Origin: Bilabrum cf. latius
Lineage: Eukaryota
Reading direction: 5' to 3'
NCBI GenBank assembly: GCA_965178125.1
Contig: OZ237776.1
Span: 1 to 64,000 of the forward strand
DNA length: 64,000 nt
Shown: piece by piece, positions 12,301-24,300 of the stretch
Layout of the letters: every line of letters begins with the position of its first letter
How positions within the stretch are numbered: position 1 is the stretch's first letter
Translations under genes and position numbers: made by a program
The notes under the pieces: model-generated
The model's input: the letters and a program-made list of their open reading frames with translations, nothing else
The model's database searches: none
What the model was told of the DNA's origin: nothing

Positions 12301-15300
12301 CTGTGGGGCAGGCGATGCACTCGTCACACCGAACGGACGCCAGCGAGGCAAGCGGAGGCAACGTGCCGATCCTGCACCACGGGCTGGCCCAGAGAGGGGG
12401 TGACCCCACAGCGGGGGCGGGGTCCATGGGGAGGGCGAGTGGGCTGACAGCGGTGTCTGGGACTGGCGTGGGCATGGGCAGGAGCCATTCAGAGCTGGCG
12501 GCAGCTGCTGGCAGTGCAAGTGCCAATGCCACGGCCCAGCGGATGGAGACTGACGTGGAGGTGTCGCATACCACCCAGGGGAACGCGGGGGACGTGGACA
12601 GCACCCCCAGGGGCGTGGTCCCCAGGGTGGGGGCGCTCCGACTCCCCCTAGTGACGTCCAATTCCCAGGGAACAATGGCCAGCCTGGGGCTCGTGCATGC
12701 TGAGGGGGGAGACTCCACGGCCCGGAGCAGGCTGGTAAGCAAGGACAGCAGCGGAAACAGCGGTGAGAGAGGGGCGGGGGCAAGGGCAAGGGCAAGGGCA
12801 CGGCATGGGGTCGTTGTAGGTGGAGGTGCAGCGATTGCGGGCCACTCGAGGGGTCTGTCCTCGCCCTCCTAGCAGCCCCCCGTACAGCAGGCCCAGATCC
12901 TGCTAGGTGCATCGCACTGCCAGGAGGACCTCCCGAAGGATGCATCGCACGATGGTGCGGCCATCCGTGCCCTGATCCTGTGCGCCGCCCTCTCCGGTCG
13001 AGCCATGGGGCTGGGCGCTGGTATTCCGGTTATCCCTGGGAGATCCGTCCAGCTCGCGTAGGGAAGGAGCGACCACTCGTCCTCCTCGTCCTCGTCGCGG
13101 ACCGAAGGGATGGGGCTGGGCCCGGCTGGCGCGCCGGGGGCGGGGACGCTGGCTATCGAGCGAACTTCCAGGGAACGTTCCTCCGAAGAACCTCAGCCGG
13201 AGGCGGGGCCGATGCTGCACGCGGCCTTGGCGGACTGCGGCGCGCCCCTGCCCCTGCCCCTGCTTCTGACAGGCGATGGTGTTCCGGGCGGCAGCAGCAA
13301 AGTCACCGGAGCCAAGGCGGGTCAAGTTGGTGGCAGTGTGACCCGGGGTGTCGGCGATGGGTTGCCTGCGTGGGTCAATCAGCTGGTGCGACCGCTCGCC
13401 CGGAGGAACTCAACGGACACATCCAGGAGCCTGCAGGCGCTGGCCGTGGCGTGTCGCATCGACGAGGTGGGGCAGGTGCAAGTGCATGGCACTGCAGCAC
13501 CCAGTGACCCAAGCAACGATGCAGGTGCAGGTGCAGGTGCAGGTGCAGGACCTGGAGCGCTCTCTCACCGGCAGCTGTCCCCCGCCGCCAGGGAGCTGCT
13601 GCTGGACGTGCTGGTGGGGCCCGTGAGGCGGGGGGAGCACCTGGGGAGGGCCGTGTGCAGGCTGTGTCTCGTGCTGGCTGGGGGGTGTGCCGCAGATGCG
13701 CTGCAGTGCGATGCATCCAGCGGTGGGCTGCTACCGCCGCGCGTGCGGAACCAGCTGGTGTCCGATGCCGTGGACTTGGCCAAGAAGATGCCCCCCGGCA
13801 GGCTGACGGCTGCACAGGCCTAGTCTCTGGGGGCACTGCTGGCGGCTTGTTCCCTGGCCACTAGCACTTTCCGCTGGGAGGTGGTGAGTGAGGCGGCGCT
13901 GGAGACTGCCATGGTGTTCGGTGTGTCCGTGCCCCCTCTGTTCCCCGCTTGCAGGTGGGTCGATCTCGAGGCGGCAAGGAGCAGGAGGAGGAGAGAAGTG
14001 GAGGGCGGGCTTGGAGGCGGTGATGGTGAAGGGAGTGCCGGCAGCAGCAGACAGGAGCAGCAGCGCAATGCAATGCATGCAGCTGTGCTTCGTGCCGCCT
14101 CCACGCCCCTGTGGTCGATTGCTGCTGCACCGGTGCACCCAGGCAGCGAGGGCGCGACGCATGCCGATGGGATGCTCCATGCTGCACCCTCGGACTGTAC
14201 TGGTGGACAGCCATCGGCAATATCCAGGGAACAGGCAATAGCCCACAGGAAGCGTATGAGGGGGGTCACCTCGTAGTTCGCGAGACTGGCGGCAGGGGCA
14301 GTGGGCTGGCACCTGCCGCTGGCTGCACCTGAGGGGGGGTCCTGGCAGGAGGAGCACGAGCTCGCAGGGGCAGGGGCAGGGGCCATCAGTGGCCCGGGTG
14401 GAGAGGCAGATCACACCGACGGGTAGTATGAAGATGAAGATGGGATCCAAGCTGGCCTAGTGGCGGGTGGGTCCCAGACACGTGACCTGACTACCAGCAG
14501 CGATGGTGCCGGCGAGCCGGGGCTAGAGCCGGGGCCGGGGCGACTATCTGGCACAGGGGCTGGGGCAGATGCTGACGAGGACGCCGTGGAAGTAGGCAGT
14601 CTCTTGGAGTCAGGTGCAGCGCACGACAGTGGCCCAAGTAGCAGCAGCAGCAGCAGCAGCGGGGGTGGGAGCCCCAGCCATCGAGACGGCCTCCCCAGGG
14701 AACACGAGCCGGAGGACAGGGCCGAGGCACAGCAGCGGGCGAGGGAGGAGAAGTGGATGGTGCGCGTGGGTGCAGCGCATGGTCGCGCGGCCGGGAGGAT
14801 GCTCGCAGATTCGGCTCGCAAGGCTCTGGTGGCGATCCAGGCAGTGACCCAATCCACCGGTGGATCCACCACATCATCCGTCGCGATCGAACTGCTCACA
14901 GACCTGCAGGCGCATTGCACTGCAGCGGCGGGCTTGCTGCGAAGGTGTAACGAGGCCTGGATGGACAACGGCGCGGCGAGATCCACCCGTGGATTCGGCA
15001 TACGGTCCGACGCGGCCTGCACCGCGCTGGCTCTCTCCCTGTGCTCGCGGTCCTTCCCCATCGTGGGGCGGGCCCTGGTGCAGGGCACTGCGGTGCATGC
15101 GGGCTAGCAGTGGAGCGGCACCAGCAGCCCAAGCGCAGGGAACAAACTGCTGCGGGATGCAGCGCACTCGTCACACGTTCAGCCCGTGTTCCGCCCCAGC
15201 GCCGGCCTCGCTGCCCTGGCCTGCGAGCTGAGCCGGCCCCTGTACCGGAGCCACGGGATGTGGCCCGTCCTGCTGCACGAGGCGCACTCGTCACACCGAA

Positions 15301-18300
15301 GGGACGGCCCGCCGCTGCTCCGGCACGGGAAGCGGGAAGTGCTGCGGCGAGCGGCGGGGCTGGCTTGGGTTCCGCTGGCGGAGGGCGCCGCGCAGCTGGC
15401 GGCGCTTGCGTGCCTGGCTCAGCCGACCGTGTCTCTTGCCGACGGTGCACTGCACGACAGTGTTTCCGATGGGGACCGCGATGGTGTGACGAGTGCTGTG
15501 GACCGGGTGCTTGCCGCCGGGGCGCCCCTTCTGGCCCTGGGTCGGTGCATGCCCTACACAGGAGCCGGGGCCACGTTCCTGTGTGGCGAGTGGGGCGCGG
15601 ACCCCTGGTCCTTGTCCGACGACTCGAGCATGCGCGCGCTGGCCCGGGATCGAGTGCACGTGGCTCTGCTGCTTCGGCGCGGGTTCTCTGACGCTGAGGG
15701 GATGCCCGGGTCCTTCTCCTCCTCCCAGTCCTCGTCTTCATCGACTTCATCTTCATCGAGGTCCTCGATGCGGGGCAAAGGGTCGAAGGCGAGAGGGACC
15801 GAGGGAACAAGCAGAGGTGCGAGTAGCGGCACTAGCAGCAGCAGCAGCAGACGAGTGCTATTTGCCTCCTCCTCCTCCTCTTCCTCCTCTAGGCCGCTCC
15901 CCTCCCCCCGTGTGCCCCGGGGCCCCCTGCAAGACGCCCTGCAGGAAGTGCAAGCCGTGGCATACGGGGCAAGCGGGGCACTGGCGGGGTCAGGGGCATG
16001 CCTCTCCTTCGCGTTCGGCAGGGGACTCTCATGGTGGATGGGGGACGGGCTGGGGGGCGCCGCGAGGGAACAAGGGCTCACGGTGCTGCGGAACCTGGGC
16101 CAGTCGCGCTATCAGGTCGGGGCACAGCAGGCACAGCCGCAGCCGACGTCCCAGAGCGCACGAACTGACACCTCATCCAAGGGAGCTGCTGCCCTTGGAA
16201 CTGACCCCACGCTCCCCGCAGCTCTCTCGTCACACCTATCAGCGGCCATGCAGACCGACGGCGCTTCCCTCCTGCAGCGAGTGCGATGCAGCGCCTCCCC
16301 TCGGCTCCTGTCCGTGCCAGCCGCGCACGAGGCTGCTCTCCACGGCCTGGCGCTCGATGCCCGGGGAACAAGGGATGGTGCGCTGCCCAGCGGGCTGGCG
16401 GCGGCGGCGGCATTCCTGAGGAACACGCTGAGGCGATTGTAGCGTGCGGTTAGGCGCCCCCTGTCGGTGATGGCGGCGCGGCGTGCACGAAGCGCGCGGC
16501 AGCTGCTGCCCCCGCCGTCCAGCGGTGAGGCCGGGAAAGAGAAGGAGGACAAAGAGGGGGAGGAGCAAGTGGAGGCCCCAGGAACGGCCCGCCCCCCGAA
16601 GACGGCCCGACCCCCAGGCACTGCCCGGCCCAGAAGTGGAAGCACGAGCAACAGCAGCAGAGATGGAGAGGAGGAGGAGAAGGAGGGGGCAGGTTCACCG
16701 GGGCCTCTGGAGGGTGTTGCCGGGCAAGGTCAGGGGCAGGGGCACGGTGAAGTGCCAGTCGGGGTGCTGCAGGAGGCCGGGGCCTCCATGGGCCGAGGTG
16801 GTGGCAGCAGCGGGGAAGGAGGGGGCAAGCAGGGCGTACACAAGGAGGAGGAGGAGCTGCCTCCCTCGCTGAGCCGCACCGTGACCATGGAGGCCCTGCA
16901 GGCAGAGATGGCCAGGGAGGCGGCTAGGCCAGGGAACAAGAGGAATGGGGGTGGAGGTGGGAGCGGGGGAGGGAAGGGGAGGGGGGCGGCTGCATCTGGG
17001 AAGGTGTTCCCTGGAGGACACTCGTCATCCAGTAGCGGCAGCGGGAATGGAAGCGGATCCAGCCACGGGTCCGGCGCGGGCAATGGTGCTGGTACCGGCC
17101 AGCGGGGCAGGAACCGCAGCAGCGATTCCAACCCGAGTTCTGACTCCAAGTCGGTCGCATCCAGCGGTCGCAACAGCGCCGGTGTCGCATCCCCTGCGAC
17201 CAGAAACCGCCGCAAGCCCGCCGCGCTCTCAAAGGGCAAGGCGGGGTCCCACTCTACACTCGTCACACGGGGTGCGGACGGTGCAGGGGCTCCAAGCCCC
17301 GGGTACATATCCGCTACGAGCCAGGGAACCGCGCGGCCGCCCGTGCCCCGACTGGGGGGTGCCTCGGGCCAGGGGCTGCCCGAGGGGGCCTCGAGAGGGG
17401 AGATTCCCGACGAGGTCGGCTCCGGGTCCATCGATCACTCGTCACACGGTGGTTTCTCGTCCGCCTCCGGCAGTCGTTCCCTCGGTGGCAGCGGTTCCCT
17501 GGCCTCCAGCGGGGTCATGTCCAAGGGCAGTCTGGCTGGGAGCAGGGGGTCCCTGGGCAGCAGGAGGGGCACTGGCAGCCCACCCCAGGACAGGGACATG
17601 AATAGGGACAGGGACATGAATAGGGACAGGGACAGGGACAGGGACAGGGAACATGAATAGGATCACGGCATGGAGGGGAAGGAGCACGACACCGGGGAAT
17701 AGGTAGGCAACACCCATCGTCATCATTCTCCTCATCAGCAGGGGCAGGGGCAGGAGCAGGAGGGGCCATCCAAGTCCGTGCCCGCCTCACCCACAGGCAG
17801 CCGAGCCTCGTCCTCCTCCGCTGCCTCCTCCCAGGAGCACAGGAGACCATCGGGCAGAGGCAAGGCCAGGCCCAGGTCAGGCATCCCGAGAGGATTGAAT
17901 CTATCTCTCAACCTTCCAGGGAACAGCGGGTCTAGCGAAGTCGGGCAAGGGCAAGGGCAAGGGCAAGGGCAAGGGGCCCAGGGTGGCGTGAAGCTGGGGC
18001 TGGGCCCGGGGCAATCGGGCACCACGGGGAGCAGCAGCAGTGGGCTGCACCCAGGGTCATCGCCCTCCCTCGCCGGCTCGCTGATGTCCTCATCCGTCTC
18101 GGGGGGGCTCGGCGGGCTGGGGGGCAGCCGTGTGACGAGTGAGGCCCGGGCCAAGCCGGGCATGAGCCGCAGCAGCAGCAGCGGGGGTGCAACGGCCGTG
18201 TCTGCCAGCAGCGAGGGGGAGGCGGGGCGGCCCTCCAGGCGAGGGAACAACGGTGCACAATCCACCGGTGGGCCAGGGAACACCGGTGGGGGTCGGGACC

Positions 18301-21300
18301 TGCCTCCTGCAGGCACGGGCGCACCTCCGGGCGATGCAAGCAGCGGGCCTGATGGCAGCAACGGCGGTGGTGGGGCTGGTGCTGGCAAGGCACCATCTGC
18401 TGAGGGCAGCAGCAGCGAGCTCGGCAGCAGCGACGGCAGCTGGGACTTTTCCATCGGTCCGGGTGCCATCGCGGAGGGTGACGACTACGATCCGGAGCCG
18501 GAAATCAACCCTGGGCCCGCCTCGCCCAAGGCCGGTCAGCCCGGTGAGGCCAAAGTGCCGGTGGCCCTGGACTTGGGCAAAGGCGGGGCCAACAAGGTGG
18601 CCAAAGATGGTGGAATGGGTCCTAGTGGAATGGGTAGTAGCAGCGGAACGGGCACTCGGCTGGGTACATCGCAGGGTGGTGCGTCGAGCCACAGCGGGTA
18701 CGGCTCGATGGACTCGGGCAGTCGAAGCGCGGGCCAGGCGCCCCCCACTGGCCCAGGGGCACACTCGTCATCCGGATCCCACGGTGGGGTGCACTCCGAG
18801 TCGGGCACGCACACGGGGACAGGGACCGGCACAGGCACAAGCCACTCTGGGTCTGGATCGCAGACGAGCAGCCAGAAGCGCATGCAGCAGCAAGCCGGGG
18901 GCAGTGGGGGGCAGGGGAGCAGCAGCGGGGACCAGCCGGGCGCAGGCACCGGGTCTGGCAGCAGCGGCGCGCTGGGCGCCTCTGCCGGCCTCAGGAGTCA
19001 GGCGAGCCAGCGGGGGGTGGAGAGCTCGGGGCAGGTGGGCAGGGAACAAGGGGACCCGGGTAGCGGAACCAAGGAGGCGCCGCGCACTCCGGGCTCCGAC
19101 CAGCGCACTCGTCACACTGGAGGTCCCCAGAACCGCCGCGCCACCGGCACCCCCGCCATCATGCAGGGGATCCAGGGGATGGGCATGGGCGGGGGCAGGC
19201 TCGTGGACGGGGGCATGATAGCCAAAGCTGCGAGGTCGGCGAGACCTCCCCTCCGGCTGCGGCTGTCCATGCCGGAGCCGGGGCAGATCCAGCAGGCTGT
19301 GGCTGCTTCAAGGGCGCTGGCGAGTCCCCCGAGTGGGGGCGGGGTCAGCCCGGGGAAGGCCGGGGGTCTCGCTGCCCCCCTGGGCCTGGCGATCCCATCG
19401 CTCGGCCGGAAGCTGCCTCCCCGCAGGGCGTCCTACCAGGGAACAGAGTACCAGGGAACAGAGGGGCAGGGAACAGATTTGGACGGTGCCAATTCCCAGG
19501 CCAGCGGCACTGCCTCCGCCTCCCCGTCCCCGCAGAGCAGAGACAGGGCCATGTCGTGGGGGAGGTCCACGGCCGAGATGGGGAGGCCCAGGCGAGGGGG
19601 GCGTCAGGGCCATGGATCGGATCAGGGATCGGATCAGGTGGAGAGAAAGTCGGGCGACGAGAGCGGCGGGGAGGACAGAGAGCATGGGATGGTGATGGGG
19701 ACGGGAGGGGAGGGGGCTCCTGAAGTGAGTGCAGGTGCGGGGTCATCATCAGGGGGCGGGATCGCCATGGGCTCAGCCGGGCTCGGCAGCCCGGGGGCAC
19801 CCCCGACGAGCCACCCATCCGCCTCGCCAGGGTTCCGGTTTGGCCCCGGGACGCTTTCGGTGCCTCGAGGTACCCCTGCCTCTGCGGCGAACACGCCCCC
19901 CATGCCCAGGGCCAGGTGGGCCGGTGAGGCCGGGCTGCATCTGAGGCTGGACGGTGGCTCGGGGTCGGGCGGGAAGGGGGCCAGGGAGGGCAAGGGGGAG
20001 GCGGGCAGGTTCAGCAGGGTGCTCGCGCAGAATAACGGCTCCGAGGCGCTGTCCTGGGCGGACTCCCCCTCCGGGACCATCCACGCCGGGCTGGATTCCA
20101 CGCACCTGTCCTCCTCGGCCCACGACCATGGGGAACAGGGGGGTCCCGGGGGCGGGGCCAGCAGGCTGCTGGATTCGGTAGATGTGGGTGACGATCTCGG
20201 CACCGATGACGTGGGGGAGGGAGGGCTGCTTGACGCGCTCGTCGAGACTCACTCGTCACACTCGCGATCCCACTCGGATTCGGAGCGGCAATCCCCCTCC
20301 CAGCAGTCCCTCTTGCTGTAGGCCCACTCCCCCGCGACCGCGATGCGGCAGGGGAGGGGAGGTTTCGGCGTAGGCCGCGGGCAGCAGCACCACCATGCAA
20401 TGCAACCCGATGAACCTTCGCTGCAGCGAAGCCCCTCCCTGGGCCCGTCCCATGGAGCCCCCGGGTCAGCTCACCCGGGGTACCAGTCAGCGGACGGGCC
20501 CCTGAGGAGGGTCGCATCCGAGTCCTCGTCGGTGAGGGGGAACCCACACTGGGCGGCGGTGGCGCGCAGCTCTGGAGATGCATCGCACGGTAACGCGGGG
20601 ATGCATCCCCTTGCGGTGCGGGCTGCCGCGGGGGGCACTCCGGGGCGCGGGAGTGGGCAGGGAATGGCTCTGGTGCCTGCCGCAAGGCGCACCCAGAGTA
20701 TGGGAGTGATGGTCGCTGACTCCACCAGTGGAGTGATGGTCGCTGACTCCACCGGTGGATCGGCCTCGCACCACTTGGCCGGCCACTCTGCCCACCCTCT
20801 CTCTCACCACCGCGTGCACGACCGCACGGAGGTGGGCAATGACACCTACAGGAGCGTGCTCGCCTCCCCCTCTGCAGTGTCCTGGGAGGCGGACAGGCCC
20901 CGGCGCCGCGCTGGGGGCATCCTCGGTGGTGCCTCCTTTGGCTCCAGCAGGGGAGCCAGGAGGCCGTTCCAGGGAAGCCTGTCTCACTCGTCACACGGAG
21001 CCGGAAACGCGGTCTCCGGAGCATCGGCGGCGCACGCGGCCGCACGCGCCGCCACCGAAGAGGACCTCCCACCCGTATTGGGCGTGGCCGCCTGCGTGGC
21101 TCTGGCGGTGCTGGCCAGCATGCGGCCGGATGGGATGGGGCTGCGCCAGGCGGTGGCGCGGCGGTCGGGGCGTCCCGGTGTGGAGGCTTCGCAGGGAACA
21201 GCCGGCGCGGAGGAGGACGACGATGGGGAGGTGGGGTGGGGGGTGGCCAAAGCAGCGGGCAGGGAACAGAGGACGGTGGTCAGAGCCATGCTGGCGGCCG

Positions 21301-24300
21301 GCACCGATCTGAGCGGAACCGGAAATGGCGCAGGGGCCGATGGTGATGCATCGCACGGCGGTGCGGATGCTCCACAGCAGGGCGCCGATGAGGCAAAGCA
21401 GGAGGATTCGGACGAGGGCGACCCCGAATCCACCGGTGGACGGCCCAAGGTTGGCCAGCTGGGCAGCCGCCGCGCCTCCCTTCCCGCGGCGCCGTCCTCA
21501 AGAAGCCTCTTTAGGACCGGTGGTGCTGGAGATGGAGATGGTGATGGAGATGAGGGGGAAGATGAGGAGGATGTCGTTGAGGCCGGCGGGGTGGGGGCAG
21601 GCGGCGATGATGCAGGTGGTATCATGTCGGGCGCGGGGGCACGAGGCAGGGTGAACTCGGGGAGCGCGGAGGCGCCGGGCAGGATGAGGACCGGGGCAAG
21701 TGCCTCGGGGAAACCGCCCGCAGGCACCACCGGCAGTGCCCTCGTCTCGCGCAGGCCGGACAACGTGCGGCTGCCCGAGGACCGTTTCGCGATGACCAAC
21801 ACTCTCCATCCCCAGGGAACAAACGGATTCGGAGCGGCAGGCTCCTCCGAAGGCCCCTCGATCGGCCTGCCCACCTCCCTGGGGGGCGCCCCGCCCACTC
21901 CCGTGGCCGGTGGCGGGGCCGGGGCCGGGCACGCTGGCGCTGGAGAAGCGCCCGGCAGGATGGTGGGGCGCGAGGCATCGGACCCTGCCGGTGTGACGAG
22001 TGGGTTCGACTTCGGGGACAGTGCGGTGAAGGCCCGCGGTCAGGCCGTGCCAGGGAACAATGATGCATCGCACGGTGGTGCTCAGCCCGAGGCCACCGAG
22101 GGCCCTTCCGACGGAGCCTCGAGCGGGGATGGAGACGATGGATCGGGTGTGACGAGTGCGGTTGTGCCGTTCAGCCGCAGGATCCGCCGCGGCCGGCAGT
22201 CCATGCCCGTGCCGGAGCACGTGTCTGACCTGGCGGCGGGTGTGGTGGGCATACAGGAGGACGAGGACGAGGACGAGGACGAGGAAGGCGAGCAGGGAGA
22301 AGAAGAAGAGGACGGGAAGGGGGCCGATAGGAAGGGCAGCCCCCAGGGCGATGGGGGGGTTGAAGGGGACGCAAGTGCTCTGCCTGTGGTAGCCCGACCG
22401 GTTGCAACCGGTGCCCGCGCGCGAAGACCCCCTCGAGGCCGGGTCATGGGCCGCCGCTCCAGCCTGGACCTGGGCCTCCTGTCGAGCCCAGGGAGCAAGA
22501 ACGGCACTGATGGCGGTGGTGCCAGCGGGCCTGGGTTCGGCGGATCCACCGGTGCAGTGGGGGAACACAACAGCGGCGCCGCGGGCGCTCCCAGGGGCGG
22601 AACCGTGTCGGCCGCGGTGTCTGCCAGGTCCAGCGGGCTGGGCACCAGTGGCTCCGGCGGGTCCACGGCCAGGGACGGTGTGACGAGTGGTGGACAGGCC
22701 GAAGGTGGGGCCGGATCCGGCGGAGCGGCCGGCAGCGGGGCTCACTCGTCACACCGCTCGAAGCGCCAGACGGACTCTCCCCCGATGGGTCGGAGCGACG
22801 CGGGCCGCCGGACCAGAGCCGCTCTTGGGAGCGCGCTGTCAGTGTGGCTGGCAGCAGCAGCGGCCGCCGTGCCTCTGGGGGCGGAGCTCAGGGGCAAGGG
22901 GGGGCGGGGGGCCAACGCGACGGACGGATCCCCCTCCTCGGGGGCCTCCTCCTCACACTCGTCACACCGAGGCAAGCGCGGTGGTGCAAGCAGCCGGTCC
23001 CACGCGCACGGCAGTTCCTCCGCCGCGGGCCCCAGCCCGGTGGCCCAGTGGGCTGCCACGGTGTGCGCTTCCCTGCGTGCATGGCTGGCCGGGGCGGGGG
23101 CTCCACTCCCCGCCGGGGTGGGGGGTCCCCCCTGGATGGGGGCAGAGGATGTGACGAGTGCGGGCGGCGGGGCGGGGCGTCGGTCGTCCCCTCGCTTCTT
23201 CAATCCAGCGGTGGAGAGGGGCGATCCATCGGTGGTTCGGATGCTGCCGCTGATCCACCCGCTTGCCGCGCGCGGTGTCCGGCGACTGGTGTGCTGCCTG
23301 TGGCCTGGAGGAGCATCCAGGCCGGTGGTGGCCCCTGGGCTGCCGGGCAGAAGCCCCCTGGACCCGGGGTCTGACCCCTCGAGGATGACCCTGGAGCTGG
23401 GGCCCCACCTGGGGGCCGGGGCCTTTGGCACGGTGAGGGTGGGCTGCTGGAGGAGAAGGACCCCCACGGTGGGGTCGTCCCCCCAGGGGCCCACCTCTCC
23501 GCAGTCGGGAGAGAACCTTCGCGAAGCTCCATTCTGGAAATCGATCGTCGGAGGCTCGTCGGGCGAATCGCCGTCCGGGTCACACTCGTCACACGCCAAC
23601 GGACGGAGCCCGTCGGGGAGCACCGCGCTCCGCGATCAAGTGGGATTCGGTCCCGCGCTGCCCCCCTCGCCCTCGAGCCAGGCACGTGGCGACCACGAGC
23701 ACACCCCTGCTGGTCGCATGATGCCCAGGTGGCCGCTGGCAGTCAAGTCCCTGTCCCTGCCCCAGAGCCTGTGGGAGGAGACGGGCGGGCAGCGGAGAGA
23801 CGCCCACGGGAAGCTGAGGGCCCGGAGGAACAAGAGCGGGCAGGGGCTGGGGGCCCTTGATCCCGCCCTCCGGAACATGTCGCCCAAGGTGAGGGTGCCT
23901 GCCCGCGGTCCACTGGCCGGTGCGCTGGCGGAGGCCTCTGTTTTGGAGGAGGCCGGCGGTCTGCTGCTGGGGGCCATGGGGCACTTTGGGGGGATGGGGG
24001 GGTGGGGGTCTGCTGGTACCGAGGGTCACTTTCCCGATGGGATCGGGGCGGTCCACCGGTGGATGGCTGGGCAGGGGTCACTCTCTCGCTGCCTCAAGGA
24101 GGGCAGCCGCCCGGTGGATCCGCTCAGCCCCGAGCCAGCGCTCCTGGGTCCTCTGGCCCGCATGCCGGGTGCCCCTTGCGCCCCTCTCTTGTCCATAGGC
24201 GCGGCACCAGACGGCGGCTCGCTGCTGCTGGTGATCCCGGCGGCGGCTCTCCTCCGACCCTCGCAGATCGGGGGCATACCGCGGACACCCAGCCAGGGGG

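Noticed and set aside
11651-20753. Short coding tandem duplications (11651-11679, 12123-12178, 17591-17660, 17943-17972, 20703-20753)
   Set aside because: Ordinary in-frame slippage repeats within low-complexity protein.
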